IMG/VR virus record: IMGVR_UViG_3300025357_000001
Direction: 5' to 3' (one strand)
DNA from: an uncultured virus (IMG/VR IMGVR_UViG_3300025357_000001)
Taxonomy: Duplodnaviria > Heunggongvirae > Uroviricota > Caudoviricetes
Length of the DNA: 64,000 nucleotides
The translations under genes and the position numbers were made by a program. The notes beneath the pieces are model-generated. The model was not told where the DNA came from. It made no database searches and saw only the letters and a program-made list of their open reading frames with translations. How positions within the stretch are numbered: position 1 is the stretch's first letter; every line of letters begins with the position of its first letter. Below, piece by piece: positions 52,854-62,999 of the stretch.

Positions 52854-54793
52854 TATTGGGCTTTCTTATACTTGTTCAATATTTTCTGAATATCTTCTGG
52901 GTGCTCAACTTTTTCGGATTTAGGTGAGCGATCCAATTTGTAGTCAGTTTCTTTAATAGCGGCAATATCTTTTTCGTAACGAGCCACAGCATCGTTAAAT
53001 GCTTGACCACGTTCAAACTGTCTGAAGTTTTTATACTTGCTACCATCACCGTACAGAGAACTAAGCTCTTTATCCAAATCAGCACGACGCTCAAGTTGTT
53101 TAGCGCGTTTGTAAATGTTTTCTGATGGATCAGAAATGCCAGTTGAAGTGTCACGTAAAATTTGACGTTCGCTATTAGAAATAGTACCTTGACCTTTAAT
53201 CAAAGCAGCAGAGTCTAATTCCATACGAGCCAAGTAGCTAGCTAACTCATGACGCTTGGCAATACTTTGGTCGGTAGTTTCTGGTAGTGTTTGGAAAATA
53301 GCATCTTCCAAAGCTGGTAAACTGATTTGACCTTTAGGTGTTGTAACACCTTCTTTAATAAACTTACCGATTGCGTTAGCGTAGCCTTTGCTTGCTAAAA
53401 CACCAGCAATAGAAGGATCTGACGCCAATAGGCTTTGAATCCTTGTGTAAGAGGTCTTACGATCTGCAATGTCAATTGGGCGTGTAGAGTCTTCAAAAGC
53501 AGCACGTTGTGCTTCTGAACTCTTAGCAGACTGTTGACCAGCTTCAATTTGTGCTGCTTTATCTGCTTCTTGAGCTGCTTTAGCTTCGACCAATGTTGGT
53601 CTTGGTACGTTAACAGTTTGTCCAGCAGGGGGAGTAACAACTTGAGCTGGCGCAGTAGCCAATCCAGCTTTTTGTTTAGCTTGTTCAATATATTCTCCAA
53701 CAGAAGGAGCATTGGGGTTCTTTGGGTCTTTAAGACCACGATTAATAGTACCATCAGCATTAATGGCGCCCGGGCCAGCATAGTATGCAGCATAGGTTTT
53801 ATCAATGTCTCCGTCGTATTTTTTGTAGTAAGAAGCAATTAATGCTTTACCAGCGGCCATGTTTTGTTGCGGATCGTTGATATCAGCATTAGGTGGTATC
53901 AGACCTTGCTTCTTCATGGTATCAAATGTATCTTGGGTAATCTGCATTGGGCCAACAGCGCCAGCATAGTTTGGTTTAGATGTATCCGCTTTACCAAAAT
54001 TACTTTCTTGACCGTAAATGCCGTTTACTGCTGCGTCCAAAGTACCAGAGTGAGTCGCTGGTGCACCTTGGGCGTTGTTAATTGCAGCTTGACCTTGTGG
54101 CGTTAAGTTGTAACGCTCTGGGTGCATGCGGTATTCGCGTGGTGATACCACATCTGGGCGACCGTCTGGTAATAAAACATCAACAGTCTTCTTATCCATT
54201 TCTGGGCTAGCATATACTTCAGCAGCTTTTTTAAGTGTTGAATCGTATAGTGCTTCAGCTTCAGTAATTCGACCCAAACCGCGCAGACGTTTTACTTCTG
54301 CCATAACTTGTGGGTCAACAATAGAGAAGTTACCAGCTTGCGTTGTGGTAGATGGCATACCAGCACCACCAGCATTTGGACCGCCACCACCAAGGATTTG
54401 GTCTAATGAATTTGCTGCGTTTTGCTGTTGTGCTTGAGCAGCTTTGAACGCAGCCATCTGGGTCTGCATATCAAAAATCTCTTTAGCTTTTTGTTCTTTT
54501 TGCTTATCTATTGCGCTTAGTGCATTGAACTGAGAATTATCTACAGTTGGTAACAACCAAGCCATTGCCTCACGCAAGTTATCTTGTGTACCAGATGCTT
54601 TACGTTGGTCGATCATATCCTGCATATTTTTCAGGATTTCATCAGTTTGTTTTGTTCCTAATAAAACGTTGCCGGGAATAGACAAGCCACTCTTAGAGGG
54701 AGCCATTTTGGTAGGAACGCCCGCTGGCAATGCACCACCAGAGGTTTGAGATTGATCTACGGCGTCTAAACCGCTTTGTACATCATCAGCCAT
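52853..54793 (-). CDS. internal virion protein with lytic transglycosylase domain
   Basis: IYGQES...GAVGPMQI...T...AAYYAGPG SLT motifs; start likely MADDVQ coupled to the upstream stop. Confidence 0.8.
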   Translation of the reverse strand: MADDVQSGLDAVDQSQTSGGALPAGVPTKMAPSKSGLSIPGNVLLGTKQTDEILKNMQDMIDQRKASGTQDNLREAMAWLLPTVDNSQFNALSAIDKQKEQKAKEIFDMQTQMAAFKAAQAQQQNAANSLDQILGGGGPNAGGAGMPSTTTQAGNFSIVDPQVMAEVKRLRGLGRITEAEALYDSTLKKAAEVYASPEMDKKTVDVLLPDGRPDVVSPREYRMHPERYNLTPQGQAAINNAQGAPATHSGTLDAAVNGIYGQESNFGKADTSKPNYAGAVGPMQITQDTFDTMKKQGLIPPNADINDPQQNMAAGKALIASYYKKYDGDIDKTYAAYYAGPGAINADGTINRGLKDPKNPNAPSVGEYIEQAKQKAGLATAPAQVVTPPAGQTVNVPRPTLVEAKAAQEADKAAQIEAGQQSAKSSEAQRAAFEDSTRPIDIADRKTSYTRIQSLLASDPSIAGVLASKGYANAIGKFIKEGVTTPKGQISLPALEDAIFQTLPETTDQSIAKRHELASYLARMELDSAALIKGQGTISNSERQILRDTSTGISDPSENIYKRAKQLERRADLDKELSSLYGDGSKYKNFRQFERGQAFNDAVARYEKDIAAIKETDYKLDRSPKSEKVEHPEDIQKILNKYKKAQ

Positions 54794-55788
54794 TAAATGC
54801 TCCATCCTGCATTTGAGTTATAAAGAGTACTATAGTTATAGCCACTTAAATCAGGATTATTTATAGTTGGTGTATTGGTTGGATAGTTACCACTAATATC
54901 CGGGGAACTACTAATATAACCGCCGGGTGTAGTCGTTGGGGTACTTCCATTTGGTGTATTGCCGCCAAGACCTAAAGCACTAGATAAACTATTGGATAAC
55001 CAATTGTTTACGTTTGTGCCAATTGAACCAATTGTTCCACCAAGTGCGCCACCAGTTGCGCTATTGAGCGCGCCCAACAATGCTAATGGTGAGGTATTGA
55101 CAGAACTGGTGACTGTGGTTGGAGCTTGGATAGTATTTAAAATCTGTGCTAAGTCGGCAGTAGAGGTTAATGGTGCTGCCTGTTGGGCTTGACCTAATGT
55201 AGTTTCTGTAGCAGTACCTTGTGCGCCAACGTTTCCTAATGCGGTAGCAGCGTTAACACCGGTTTGTTGGCCTGTTAATGCGGCTTGCATCTGTTGTGCT
55301 AGCAAATTAGCTTGTGCATTAGCACCAGCGGCTTGCTGTGCTGTTTGACCACGCAGGCTACCAAACTGACCAGCGGCTGTTCCAGCGGCTCCGGTCTGTG
55401 CTTGAATCTGTGGTAGTAGTGTATTGAGTTCTTGGTTTTGTGCTTGGAACAAACCACCTAATGCTGTGTTGGTATTTGGTGTTACATTACCAGAAGCATC
55501 AGTCATCCAAGGATTAGCAGCTCCAGTAGCAATTGTATTTAATGTGCCTTGAGCTTGGGTGAATGGGTTATTTTGACCACTAAGGTTATTAATAGCTTGG
55601 CCAGCAACGGTATTTTGCAGCGCAGGAATATTGGCTGAACCTTGAGTTGCTTGATTAACAATTTGTTGCTGTGCTTGGTCATACCAAGACGGCATTGTCG
55701 TGGTTTGAGACTTGGTGTTTTGAGCTAAACTACCAAGTTGGTTTGCAGTAGAATTTAAACTACCTACGATGTCTGAAAGTCCAGCCAT
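54793..55788 (-). CDS. DNA ejection (pilot) protein
   Basis: Gln/Ala/Gly-rich, AGQFGSLRG motif, hydrophobic Gly-rich segment. Confidence 0.6.
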   Translation of the reverse strand: MAGLSDIVGSLNSTANQLGSLAQNTKSQTTTMPSWYDQAQQQIVNQATQGSANIPALQNTVAGQAINNLSGQNNPFTQAQGTLNTIATGAANPWMTDASGNVTPNTNTALGGLFQAQNQELNTLLPQIQAQTGAAGTAAGQFGSLRGQTAQQAAGANAQANLLAQQMQAALTGQQTGVNAATALGNVGAQGTATETTLGQAQQAAPLTSTADLAQILNTIQAPTTVTSSVNTSPLALLGALNSATGGALGGTIGSIGTNVNNWLSNSLSSALGLGGNTPNGSTPTTTPGGYISSSPDISGNYPTNTPTINNPDLSGYNYSTLYNSNAGWSI

Positions 55789-55789
55789 T

Positions 55790-56755
55790 TTATTTCTTTA
55801 CCTTTTTGTGAGCCTCAGATAGATAAGTTAAAACACCTTTACTATCTGGCGGCAAATGTTTCGCATCATGCTTTTGTTTGTGCGCACGAACTGTTTCCAA
55901 GAAATTGTCTAATACTTTAGAACCACTATCGTTACTGCCGTTACCTAAAGAAGACACAACATCAGCTGGAATAACAAACTCACCATTAGCTAACATTGCT
56001 GGCACATCATCGCTAGTGCCATCGCCTTTACCTTTCACATAGCGGTGTTTTAAACCACCTTCGCTATAAAACTCAGGCACATGAACATCACCACCCTCGC
56101 TACGATAAGTAACTTGTGGTGTGTTTAGTGCTTGGCTTTGGAAATGTGGGTGCAGAGATAACGCGCCCATTGGTCGGCCATGGGTTGTTCTAGCTTCATA
56201 TCCAAAAGTTGGGCTGCTAGTAGGGATTTGCTCAACACTACTGCCTTCATCAAAACTTTGTACAGGACCACCAGTTGCTAACAGTGCTTCTGTACCGGGA
56301 TCAGCTTGGAATGTTGGAGAGGATACATTGGCATTAAATGCACCAGATGAGCCGAAAGAAGGTTGATCTAAATTAATGGAGCCGCTTGATCTTGTCAATC
56401 CGGGACTTAAGTTAGACATATCCACGGTAGGACTTAAAGAAGATAATGGGTTAGATGCAGCCGGTGTTGTTGTCGGTGTACTAGGTGTTGACGGAGAAGG
56501 CAGCGGTGTCGGTAAACCAGTAGACGGCGTTTTTGTTACAGGCGTAGTTGGCGTCTTAGGTAAAGACGGAGTTTTTGGTGTAGATGGATTACTAGGGGTC
56601 GTAGGCTGAGTATAATCCGATGGAGGAGTATAGTCAGATGGAGGAGAATAAGGAGTATAAGGGGTATAGGCATTATATGCGTTATACGCATTATAGGCGT
56701 TGTATGCGTTATACGCATTGTACGCATCATATCCACCGTAAACAACACCACCCAT
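55790..56755 (-). CDS. internal virion protein with repeats and a GDGTSDD..AML.NGEFVIPADVV domain
   Basis: (YNA)n and Pro/Thr-rich N-half; conserved C-terminal domain. Confidence 0.6.
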   Translation of the reverse strand: MGGVVYGGYDAYNAYNAYNAYNAYNAYNAYTPYTPYSPPSDYTPPSDYTQPTTPSNPSTPKTPSLPKTPTTPVTKTPSTGLPTPLPSPSTPSTPTTTPAASNPLSSLSPTVDMSNLSPGLTRSSGSINLDQPSFGSSGAFNANVSSPTFQADPGTEALLATGGPVQSFDEGSSVEQIPTSSPTFGYEARTTHGRPMGALSLHPHFQSQALNTPQVTYRSEGGDVHVPEFYSEGGLKHRYVKGKGDGTSDDVPAMLANGEFVIPADVVSSLGNGSNDSGSKVLDNFLETVRAHKQKHDAKHLPPDSKGVLTYLSEAHKKVKK

Positions 56756-56757
56756 AA

Positions 56758-57207
56758 TTACTCCATTACAATCGAATAAACTTTTTCAAAATAATTAGCT
56801 CCAAGTCTTTCCAACAAATGCCCGTAATCTAAAAAGGGCTTGACATGGAACATAATCCTCTGTGGATTACGCTTTTTAATTTCTTCCGTAGTCCACTTAA
56901 TAAACCTATAACCCAACATTCCCTTTCGGTGTGTTGGCGCTATGTACAAAACATCAGACGATGCAGTAAAACTGTCTTTATAGTGGATGTGTTGCCTTAA
57001 CATCCAAATACTATAACCTACTAGTTTACCATCATCCCTAATGGTATGAATCTCTAAACTGTCATTGTTTTCCAATTGATTATAAGCATCAAAATTGGGG
57101 TTTAATTTAATGACATCGGTGCGTTCTGCAATCTCATCATAGTGATCTTCGAACAGTTTTTGCGCTTCTTTAGCAAAGCGCGAGTCTTCCTTTTGGAACG
57201 TAATCAT
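56758..57207 (-). CDS. GNAT-fold protein
   Basis: LVGY...DVLYIAPTHRKG..G motif A; position preceding ejection genes as in podoviruses. Confidence 0.7.
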   Translation of the reverse strand: MITFQKEDSRFAKEAQKLFEDHYDEIAERTDVIKLNPNFDAYNQLENNDSLEIHTIRDDGKLVGYSIWMLRQHIHYKDSFTASSDVLYIAPTHRKGMLGYRFIKWTTEEIKKRNPQRIMFHVKPFLDYGHLLERLGANYFEKVYSIVME

Positions 57208-57228
57208 TGAGTTTTTCCACTATGTTGC

Positions 57229-57265
57229 TACCTATATTAATGCAAAAAAGAGCCTTTTTACGCCC
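57229..57265 (-). promoter_or_regulatory. phage late-class promoter
   Basis: GGGCG 57265-57261, N16, TGCATTA 57244-57238, then ATAT. Confidence 0.75.
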
Positions 57266-57519
57266 TAGTTTTTGCCGCTAACATGTAGTATAAACTCATG
57301 AGCCCAATCTTGCCAAGTACCAAAGGTATCTGGATTTGGTAAAAGATACTGGTTTAGCTTTGGGTTTTGAGTCAAAGCAAAAGCCGTTTCTTGCCAGTTT
57401 TCTTCCATATTATATGGAACTTGTTCCTGACTGTAATACAGGATCAGATTGCCATTAAAGTCTTCCCAAGTCGTATGATGCGGGGAATATGGGAATGACT
57501 GCTGTAATTTAACCGTCAT
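57265..57519 (-). CDS. small tail-associated protein
   Basis: WQETA...PNP..F..WQDWA. Confidence 0.55.
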   Translation of the reverse strand: MTVKLQQSFPYSPHHTTWEDFNGNLILYYSQEQVPYNMEENWQETAFALTQNPKLNQYLLPNPDTFGTWQDWAHEFILHVSGKN

Positions 57520-59681
57520 GGGCGCTCGTCACCGGGCTCAACGGTCAGCATAATCTTGCCCATCTCAAAATTGCCATCAATTGTATTAGATTCAAACAAG
57601 AACCTATTTTCACGATTTTCAACCCGCATATCTATCTTTTCAGTAGTTGGGTCAAAGGTAAAAGTCTCTGAAGCGGTTTCGGTACTGGCGGCAAATTTCT
57701 TGCCCAATACTGTTAAAGTCATCTCACCGTTTTGTACAAAGTCCGGCTCAACACGGCGAATGTGGGTTCTTCTGTTAATTCCGGGAGAAGACTTTTGTGA
57801 TGGGTTACCTGCAACCCAACTCAAATCGCATGTTGTGAAATTGGATTGAACTGCGGTCTCGCCAAAAAATGATACATTGTTAAGACCATATTCATGTTGC
57901 CACAAAGCATATCCGCCGTTGATATAGTAAACCAACTCATTGACGTTTGCCGCTGGGCTAAAGTTGTTCGTACAAGTTACTAAAGTAACGCCTTTAGGAT
58001 ACAAAGCTTTTATCGTAGAGTTAAAGGTAAACACGCTTGTTGATACAACATAGGTTGTATCCTCTGGAATTGTGGAGAATGATAAACTATCTCCGGGACT
58101 AAACGTTCCAGTAACGTCTCCAGCGATATAAAACTGATTGCCATTTGGGGCTGGCAAACTGGCTGGATGGGCCACAATAGTAAACGGCTGGCTATAGGAT
58201 GCTTGATAGTTCCAATCAGCCCAAATTGGATATGGCAACACTTCTGTGGTATAACCACAAGATCTTTGTGCGCCTACCGCTTGTCCAGCATCGTACCAAA
58301 TTTGATCTTTGACGTTGTAGATAATTGCGTCAGTACATTCAGTATTTTGGCCACGGGGATAAAAGAACCAAATCTCATTGAAACGGGGTACTTTGGTTGC
58401 CCATACTTTTTGGCGTTGTTCATAATTTATATTATTAAACAGCCAGTTTACATTCTTATCATTAGGCAGTACTTTAACGACACCGTTATATACATAGAAA
58501 CGGTCTACACCCATCCAGTAATACAGGCCATCCATCTCAACAACTGCGTTAGATGACATGATAGAGATTTGGCTGGAAACAATATTATAGTTCCAATAAT
58601 ACGGAGCAGTTCCAGTAAATGAAACGCTGATCAAACTGTCAGTTGCCCAAAACAATCCAGATGGTGAGTTAGTACCACCACGAACAGGCAAACCCTTAAC
58701 AATTTTAGAGGACGCCATGTTTACTTGGTTGGCAGTTGCTCCGTTCCAATCTAAAAGATTTTGCTGGGTGTATGTTGTGCTGACGTTATTATTAGCAATA
58801 TACCCATCATTACCATACACAAATACATATGGATACAATACCACCACACCACCCGATACGCTGATCGGATTAAATGTTGGAAACTGACCACCACTATCTG
58901 ACAATCCTTGGAGTTGCCATTGCTGATTAGAGTTTGGCAACACGCTACCATATTGAATCTGCGTATTTACTGCATTATCAATATTATATAAATTTTGGCC
59001 CGGATGCGCCAATAAGTTTAATGCGCCACCAATTGGGTTGTATTGCAAATCAAACTGCCAAGAGTTATTGACGTTTGGTGCAAACTGCACATTGTCAACC
59101 CAGACATTGGTAATACCAGATGTGGAACTTAATGCTGGTGTAAAGTTTACCGTAGTGGTTGGTGTGGCAAAAGTTGAACTAGAAACTGTATAAGTTGTCG
59201 GAGTTCCATTTTGCGTAAAGATAATCTTTGTACCAGCGGGGAAACACTTAGTGTAATCTACTATCGGTGTGGCAGTGCTAGTTACCGTAAACTGTGAAGT
59301 AGTTGGAAACGATGCAATAGTTTCTTTATTGTAGCCGGGAATAAATTGGGCTGAAAACGGACCACTACCTACAGAATATGTTGTGCCTGTAGTAAATACA
59401 TCAATACCGTTTTGATTACCAGCAAAAACATAGTTAACGCCGTTATAGGCGTTGGTAATCATACCACGCGGTACGCCATTAAACGTACTGAAAATTTGAC
59501 GGTAGCCGCCCATTTTCTTCGGCACTTTACGTTGGAAACGGCACCATGTACCATCGGTACATTCAGTCGATTCAAACACCGTACCATCGCGCTTAATACC
59601 AGCAGCAACTCCTAAAGCGTAAACTTCGCTATATTGTGGAGGTAACTGAGCTGGCGGCGTATTCTCTTTGCCGTCAGCCAT
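57516..59681 (-). CDS. tail nozzle / tubular protein (P22 gp10-like)
   Basis: GIKRDGT...RF...KMGG; YWMG..RFYVYNG; FNEIWFFYP. Confidence 0.7.
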   Translation of the reverse strand: MADGKENTPPAQLPPQYSEVYALGVAAGIKRDGTVFESTECTDGTWCRFQRKVPKKMGGYRQIFSTFNGVPRGMITNAYNGVNYVFAGNQNGIDVFTTGTTYSVGSGPFSAQFIPGYNKETIASFPTTSQFTVTSTATPIVDYTKCFPAGTKIIFTQNGTPTTYTVSSSTFATPTTTVNFTPALSSTSGITNVWVDNVQFAPNVNNSWQFDLQYNPIGGALNLLAHPGQNLYNIDNAVNTQIQYGSVLPNSNQQWQLQGLSDSGGQFPTFNPISVSGGVVVLYPYVFVYGNDGYIANNNVSTTYTQQNLLDWNGATANQVNMASSKIVKGLPVRGGTNSPSGLFWATDSLISVSFTGTAPYYWNYNIVSSQISIMSSNAVVEMDGLYYWMGVDRFYVYNGVVKVLPNDKNVNWLFNNINYEQRQKVWATKVPRFNEIWFFYPRGQNTECTDAIIYNVKDQIWYDAGQAVGAQRSCGYTTEVLPYPIWADWNYQASYSQPFTIVAHPASLPAPNGNQFYIAGDVTGTFSPGDSLSFSTIPEDTTYVVSTSVFTFNSTIKALYPKGVTLVTCTNNFSPAANVNELVYYINGGYALWQHEYGLNNVSFFGETAVQSNFTTCDLSWVAGNPSQKSSPGINRRTHIRRVEPDFVQNGEMTLTVLGKKFAASTETASETFTFDPTTEKIDMRVENRENRFLFESNTIDGNFEMGKIMLTVEPGDERP

Positions 59682-60946
59682 TAGAACGTTCCGCCGGGGA
59701 TTAAGCCAGCATTAAATGTAGCTGGTGTAGAAATCTGTGGTGATAGTGAATTGGTATTATCAATGCGCAACATATTGGTGGCATTTGCTGAGAAGCCCAA
59801 AACGCTAGTACCAATTAAATACATACCAGTGATGTGGTCTGAATTAAATGAATACGCTGGTGCTCCGGCAGTTCCGTTGTTAGCATAGAAAATACCGGTA
59901 GTTGATTGCGTTAAAGCAAACAGCGTATTGCCATCGCTTAATACCGTAGCAACTTGGCCAGCACTTAATACAATTGCAGCAGTTGAACTACCAGCCACGT
60001 TAAAGCTAATCGTATATGCGCCAGATGTTGTATCGTTTACCAATACATAAATTTGGGTAATATTTGGTAGTGTTACTGATAGGTTAGCAGTACGAGTGCC
60101 AGACAGCGCAACGTAAGTTTGAATAATTGGCGCATAGGAAATTAAGCTTAGTGTGTTCCCAATAATGCTGTCCACATCGTAAGTTGCTGATGTGAAGGTT
60201 ACGTTTGATGGAACTGCCCAACCCACTGTAAAGAAGTTTCCAGTTGATGCCTCATAAATAATAGAACCAGAATCGCCCGGATTGGTAGAGATAGTTACTT
60301 GGCCGTTGATTAACGATGGGCTAGTTGGCGTAATAGACAATGTGCCAGTGCCGTTGTTCCTAAAGTTAATCCACCAACCACCAGACAAACCTGAAGACGC
60401 TGGCAAATTAAAGTTGCCGTTACCAGAAGTCCATACAAAAGTAGCAGCACGGCTAGAGTCATTAATGATTGGAGTTGCAGATACTTCTACAATGTTTCCA
60501 GTTACTGCCAATTGACCGGCTACTGTGGTTAAACCAGCGCCTTGCAAAGTTGATGCGTCAGCAGCAGATGTGCCAGTACCAAAAGTAATGTTTTGCCAAA
60601 CACCGCCAGTAGATGTGTTATCTGACAAATAGAAATAGTGTGTCACACCGGGCGCAACGGTAACGGTTTCACCGCCAGCAAAATCATCCACTACAAAGCT
60701 ATATGCGCCTTTGTTGCGAATAAAAATGTCAGTGCCAAGGGAGCCTTGAGTGGCGTCAGGTAGGGTAATTGTTAGACCGGCACCAGCGGGGGTGCAATCC
60801 ATAATACGCGCCGCCGGAACCTGTGTAGGATTAACTACTTGAGGCCAGTATAGTTGAGTATTGGTACTAAAACTAAGAGCGTAATAGGATACGTCCGTTG
60901 GTTCAACAACGGTACCGGTAAAGGGTGATACAAAAGATTGTGACAT
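59681..60946 (-). CDS. tail structural protein
   Basis: beta-rich, TITLP repeats, ends GGTF. Confidence 0.6.
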   Translation of the reverse strand: MSQSFVSPFTGTVVEPTDVSYYALSFSTNTQLYWPQVVNPTQVPAARIMDCTPAGAGLTITLPDATQGSLGTDIFIRNKGAYSFVVDDFAGGETVTVAPGVTHYFYLSDNTSTGGVWQNITFGTGTSAADASTLQGAGLTTVAGQLAVTGNIVEVSATPIINDSSRAATFVWTSGNGNFNLPASSGLSGGWWINFRNNGTGTLSITPTSPSLINGQVTISTNPGDSGSIIYEASTGNFFTVGWAVPSNVTFTSATYDVDSIIGNTLSLISYAPIIQTYVALSGTRTANLSVTLPNITQIYVLVNDTTSGAYTISFNVAGSSTAAIVLSAGQVATVLSDGNTLFALTQSTTGIFYANNGTAGAPAYSFNSDHITGMYLIGTSVLGFSANATNMLRIDNTNSLSPQISTPATFNAGLIPGGTF

Positions 60947-60949
60947 ATA

Positions 60950-61570
60950 TTAAGGTTCCTGAACCGAGACGTTTCTGTCCACACGACGAGCGTTGTCTTC
61001 TTTTTTGAGCGCTGCCAAAGAATCTGTATAGTAAGACTTCCAGATAGGCAGTTTATCTAAAGCTTTTAAGTAGCCCTGTGCTTGTAACAATGTACCAAAC
61101 AACATCGCTTGTGGGCACTCGCGGGTGAACAAGTTTTGTTGATTTTGTGAATCCAATGGTTGGATTTCGCTGTAGTACGTAATTTCAATTGGGTAGCTTG
61201 TATCTGGTTTTGGTGCAATCGCCCAATTGTTATAATCATAATCAGCATAATACAAAGGCTGACCAGTAGAAGATTCAGATTGATACATCGCAACATAATC
61301 TTGGCTACGTAATAAAATTGGCTGACCATTTGTTTTCATGGAGATAGTTTTTCTCCAACGAGCAGGTTTTGTTACAATTACCTGATTGGCTGCTAGAGTT
61401 GTCTCCACTACAGTTAACTGTAGAAAGGTTTTTAACTCTGCAGCAATAGCAGATTCAGCCAAACCAATCAAGCTTGGTATCTGGGCAACAAACTGCGCAT
61501 CGTTACGTTCCATGTAATTTTGAACGTCAGATACCAGATTGTCATAGGTCATTACATATGCGCTGGTCAT
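60950..61570 (-). CDS. head-tail adaptor protein
   Basis: MTYDNL..VQNY...IP..I.LAE; GQP.YYA; AP.PD..Y. Confidence 0.65.
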   Translation of the reverse strand: MTSAYVMTYDNLVSDVQNYMERNDAQFVAQIPSLIGLAESAIAAELKTFLQLTVVETTLAANQVIVTKPARWRKTISMKTNGQPILLRSQDYVAMYQSESSTGQPLYYADYDYNNWAIAPKPDTSYPIEITYYSEIQPLDSQNQQNLFTRECPQAMLFGTLLQAQGYLKALDKLPIWKSYYTDSLAALKKEDNARRVDRNVSVQEP

Positions 61571-62640
61571 CGTGTGTAGTAACTAAAATTAGGTTGGAAG
61601 TAAATTGGCGACTTATCGCGATCTTCTTCTTCGGCTTGGGTTCTGAAGTCTAATGACCGTTTTTCCAAATAAGTAATTCGATTGGCATCAACTCCGGGCA
61701 ACTGCAAAGATAATTCATGCGACAATGCTGCTTGAATGTAAGGTATCCAACGATTTGGCAAATAGAGTTGATTGGTCAACGCGCCAACATCCATCATTTG
61801 TTTTTCAATAATTAATTGAAATATTTGGAAGTCGTTAGATGGCACAGGCCATAAATACATCTCTGGGTCAATCTGGCGATTAAACCAGTATTGCAAAGAA
61901 CGTACGGATGGAAACTGTTTGTTCGGTAAGTTCCAGTAATCATCACGGTTTAGGCGAGCTAAGGGGATGATTTGCTGTGACTGAGCAAACACAATCTGGC
62001 GACAAGAAAACGGTGTGCCAGAAGTAGAACGAACACGGTGGAAGTAGTACGGAATGGTGATGCTATTGCTAGTGTAGTACCAAGTACGGTCTTGCAATGT
62101 CAGCGGTGATGGGAATGTAATTTGTGTTTCCCAAGTAATACCATCATTACTGGTTTCGTATACTAAATCAGTATAAGTTACTTCACCAAAGTTTGGAGCG
62201 TATGCGTTGATGCCAATGTAGTACACGCTAGTCTGTGTGCTGTACTGCGCGCCAAACCAATTCTCGCCAACAGTGGTAGTACCGTAGTTACTCAGGTTGT
62301 TATCAAATACGGTTGGTGATGTTGGATTGTCCGCTGGTAATGCAGTCTCAATTTGCGGTGTTTGAACATAGACCCAGTTAGCCTCGCGCACATCAATAGT
62401 GCCCTCTGGCATTGTGAGGATCTGCTGGTTACTTTGCGCACCCAGAATAATGTTTTCCAACAACCATAAATTAACGCCGCGATTAGACGTATTCTGCAAA
62501 ATGTAAAATAGCGCCTGCTTTGCGGCAGTAATATACTCTGGTGTAATTTCTTCAGATTGTTTGCCTGCCGCACGAAATGCGTAGGAAATTAACTGATCAA
62601 CATTAACCTTTGTCTGGTTGTATGTATTTGAATAAGCCAC
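61567..62640 (-). CDS. head-tail adaptor / connector protein with insertion
   Basis: NRGVNLW; LNRDDYWNLPNK...QYWFNR...YLWPVP. Confidence 0.65.
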   Translation of the reverse strand: MAYSNTYNQTKVNVDQLISYAFRAAGKQSEEITPEYITAAKQALFYILQNTSNRGVNLWLLENIILGAQSNQQILTMPEGTIDVREANWVYVQTPQIETALPADNPTSPTVFDNNLSNYGTTTVGENWFGAQYSTQTSVYYIGINAYAPNFGEVTYTDLVYETSNDGITWETQITFPSPLTLQDRTWYYTSNSITIPYYFHRVRSTSGTPFSCRQIVFAQSQQIIPLARLNRDDYWNLPNKQFPSVRSLQYWFNRQIDPEMYLWPVPSNDFQIFQLIIEKQMMDVGALTNQLYLPNRWIPYIQAALSHELSLQLPGVDANRITYLEKRSLDFRTQAEEEDRDKSPIYFQPNFSYYTR

Positions 62641-62643
62641 GGT

Positions 62644-62832
62644 TTACTTCTTCCGTTTTGCCATACCACCGCATTTTAACTTAGACAAATCTGTATGCTT
62701 TTTCTCATGCAATTGATCATCGTGCATTTTAAATGCCTTTTTGATCATCTGCTTGTCTTGAGCAACATCTCCGCCCTCTTTATAATGACTGCCTTCGCAC
62801 ATCATTTTAGGGTTTTGTTTAAAGTCTTTCAT
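62644..62832 (-). CDS. small virion-associated protein
   Basis: YKEGGDVAQDKQMIKKAF..HD..LH. Confidence 0.6.
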   Translation of the reverse strand: MKDFKQNPKMMCEGSHYKEGGDVAQDKQMIKKAFKMHDDQLHEKKHTDLSKLKCGGMAKRKK

Positions 62833-62999
62833 TAGCGTCCTCGTCCGGCGGCTTTCTTCATTACTTTTTGTGGCAAGTTTGGTTTGGCTTTACCAGCCTT
62901 GACAAACTCTTTGCCAACTTTTTTAGGGATGCCTATTGTGGATTTACCAGCGGCAGCCGCATACATCGCGGCTTGCTGGTCTTTAGATTTGATTGGCAT
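62832..62999 (-). CDS. small basic protein (55 aa)
   Basis: [17 protein letters not shown]...[13 protein letters not shown]; coupled on both sides; not in ORF track. Confidence 0.6.
   Translation of the reverse strand: MPIKSKDQQAAMYAAAAGKSTIGIPKKVGKEFVKAGKAKPNLPQKVMKKAAGRGR

Noticed and set aside
4021..58976. Other TGCATTA/TAATGCA heptamers (e.g. 4021, 11509, 17793, 23739, 51600, 58970) as promoters
   Set aside because: They lie inside genes or other motifs and lack the nTAT continuation shared by the eight accepted sites
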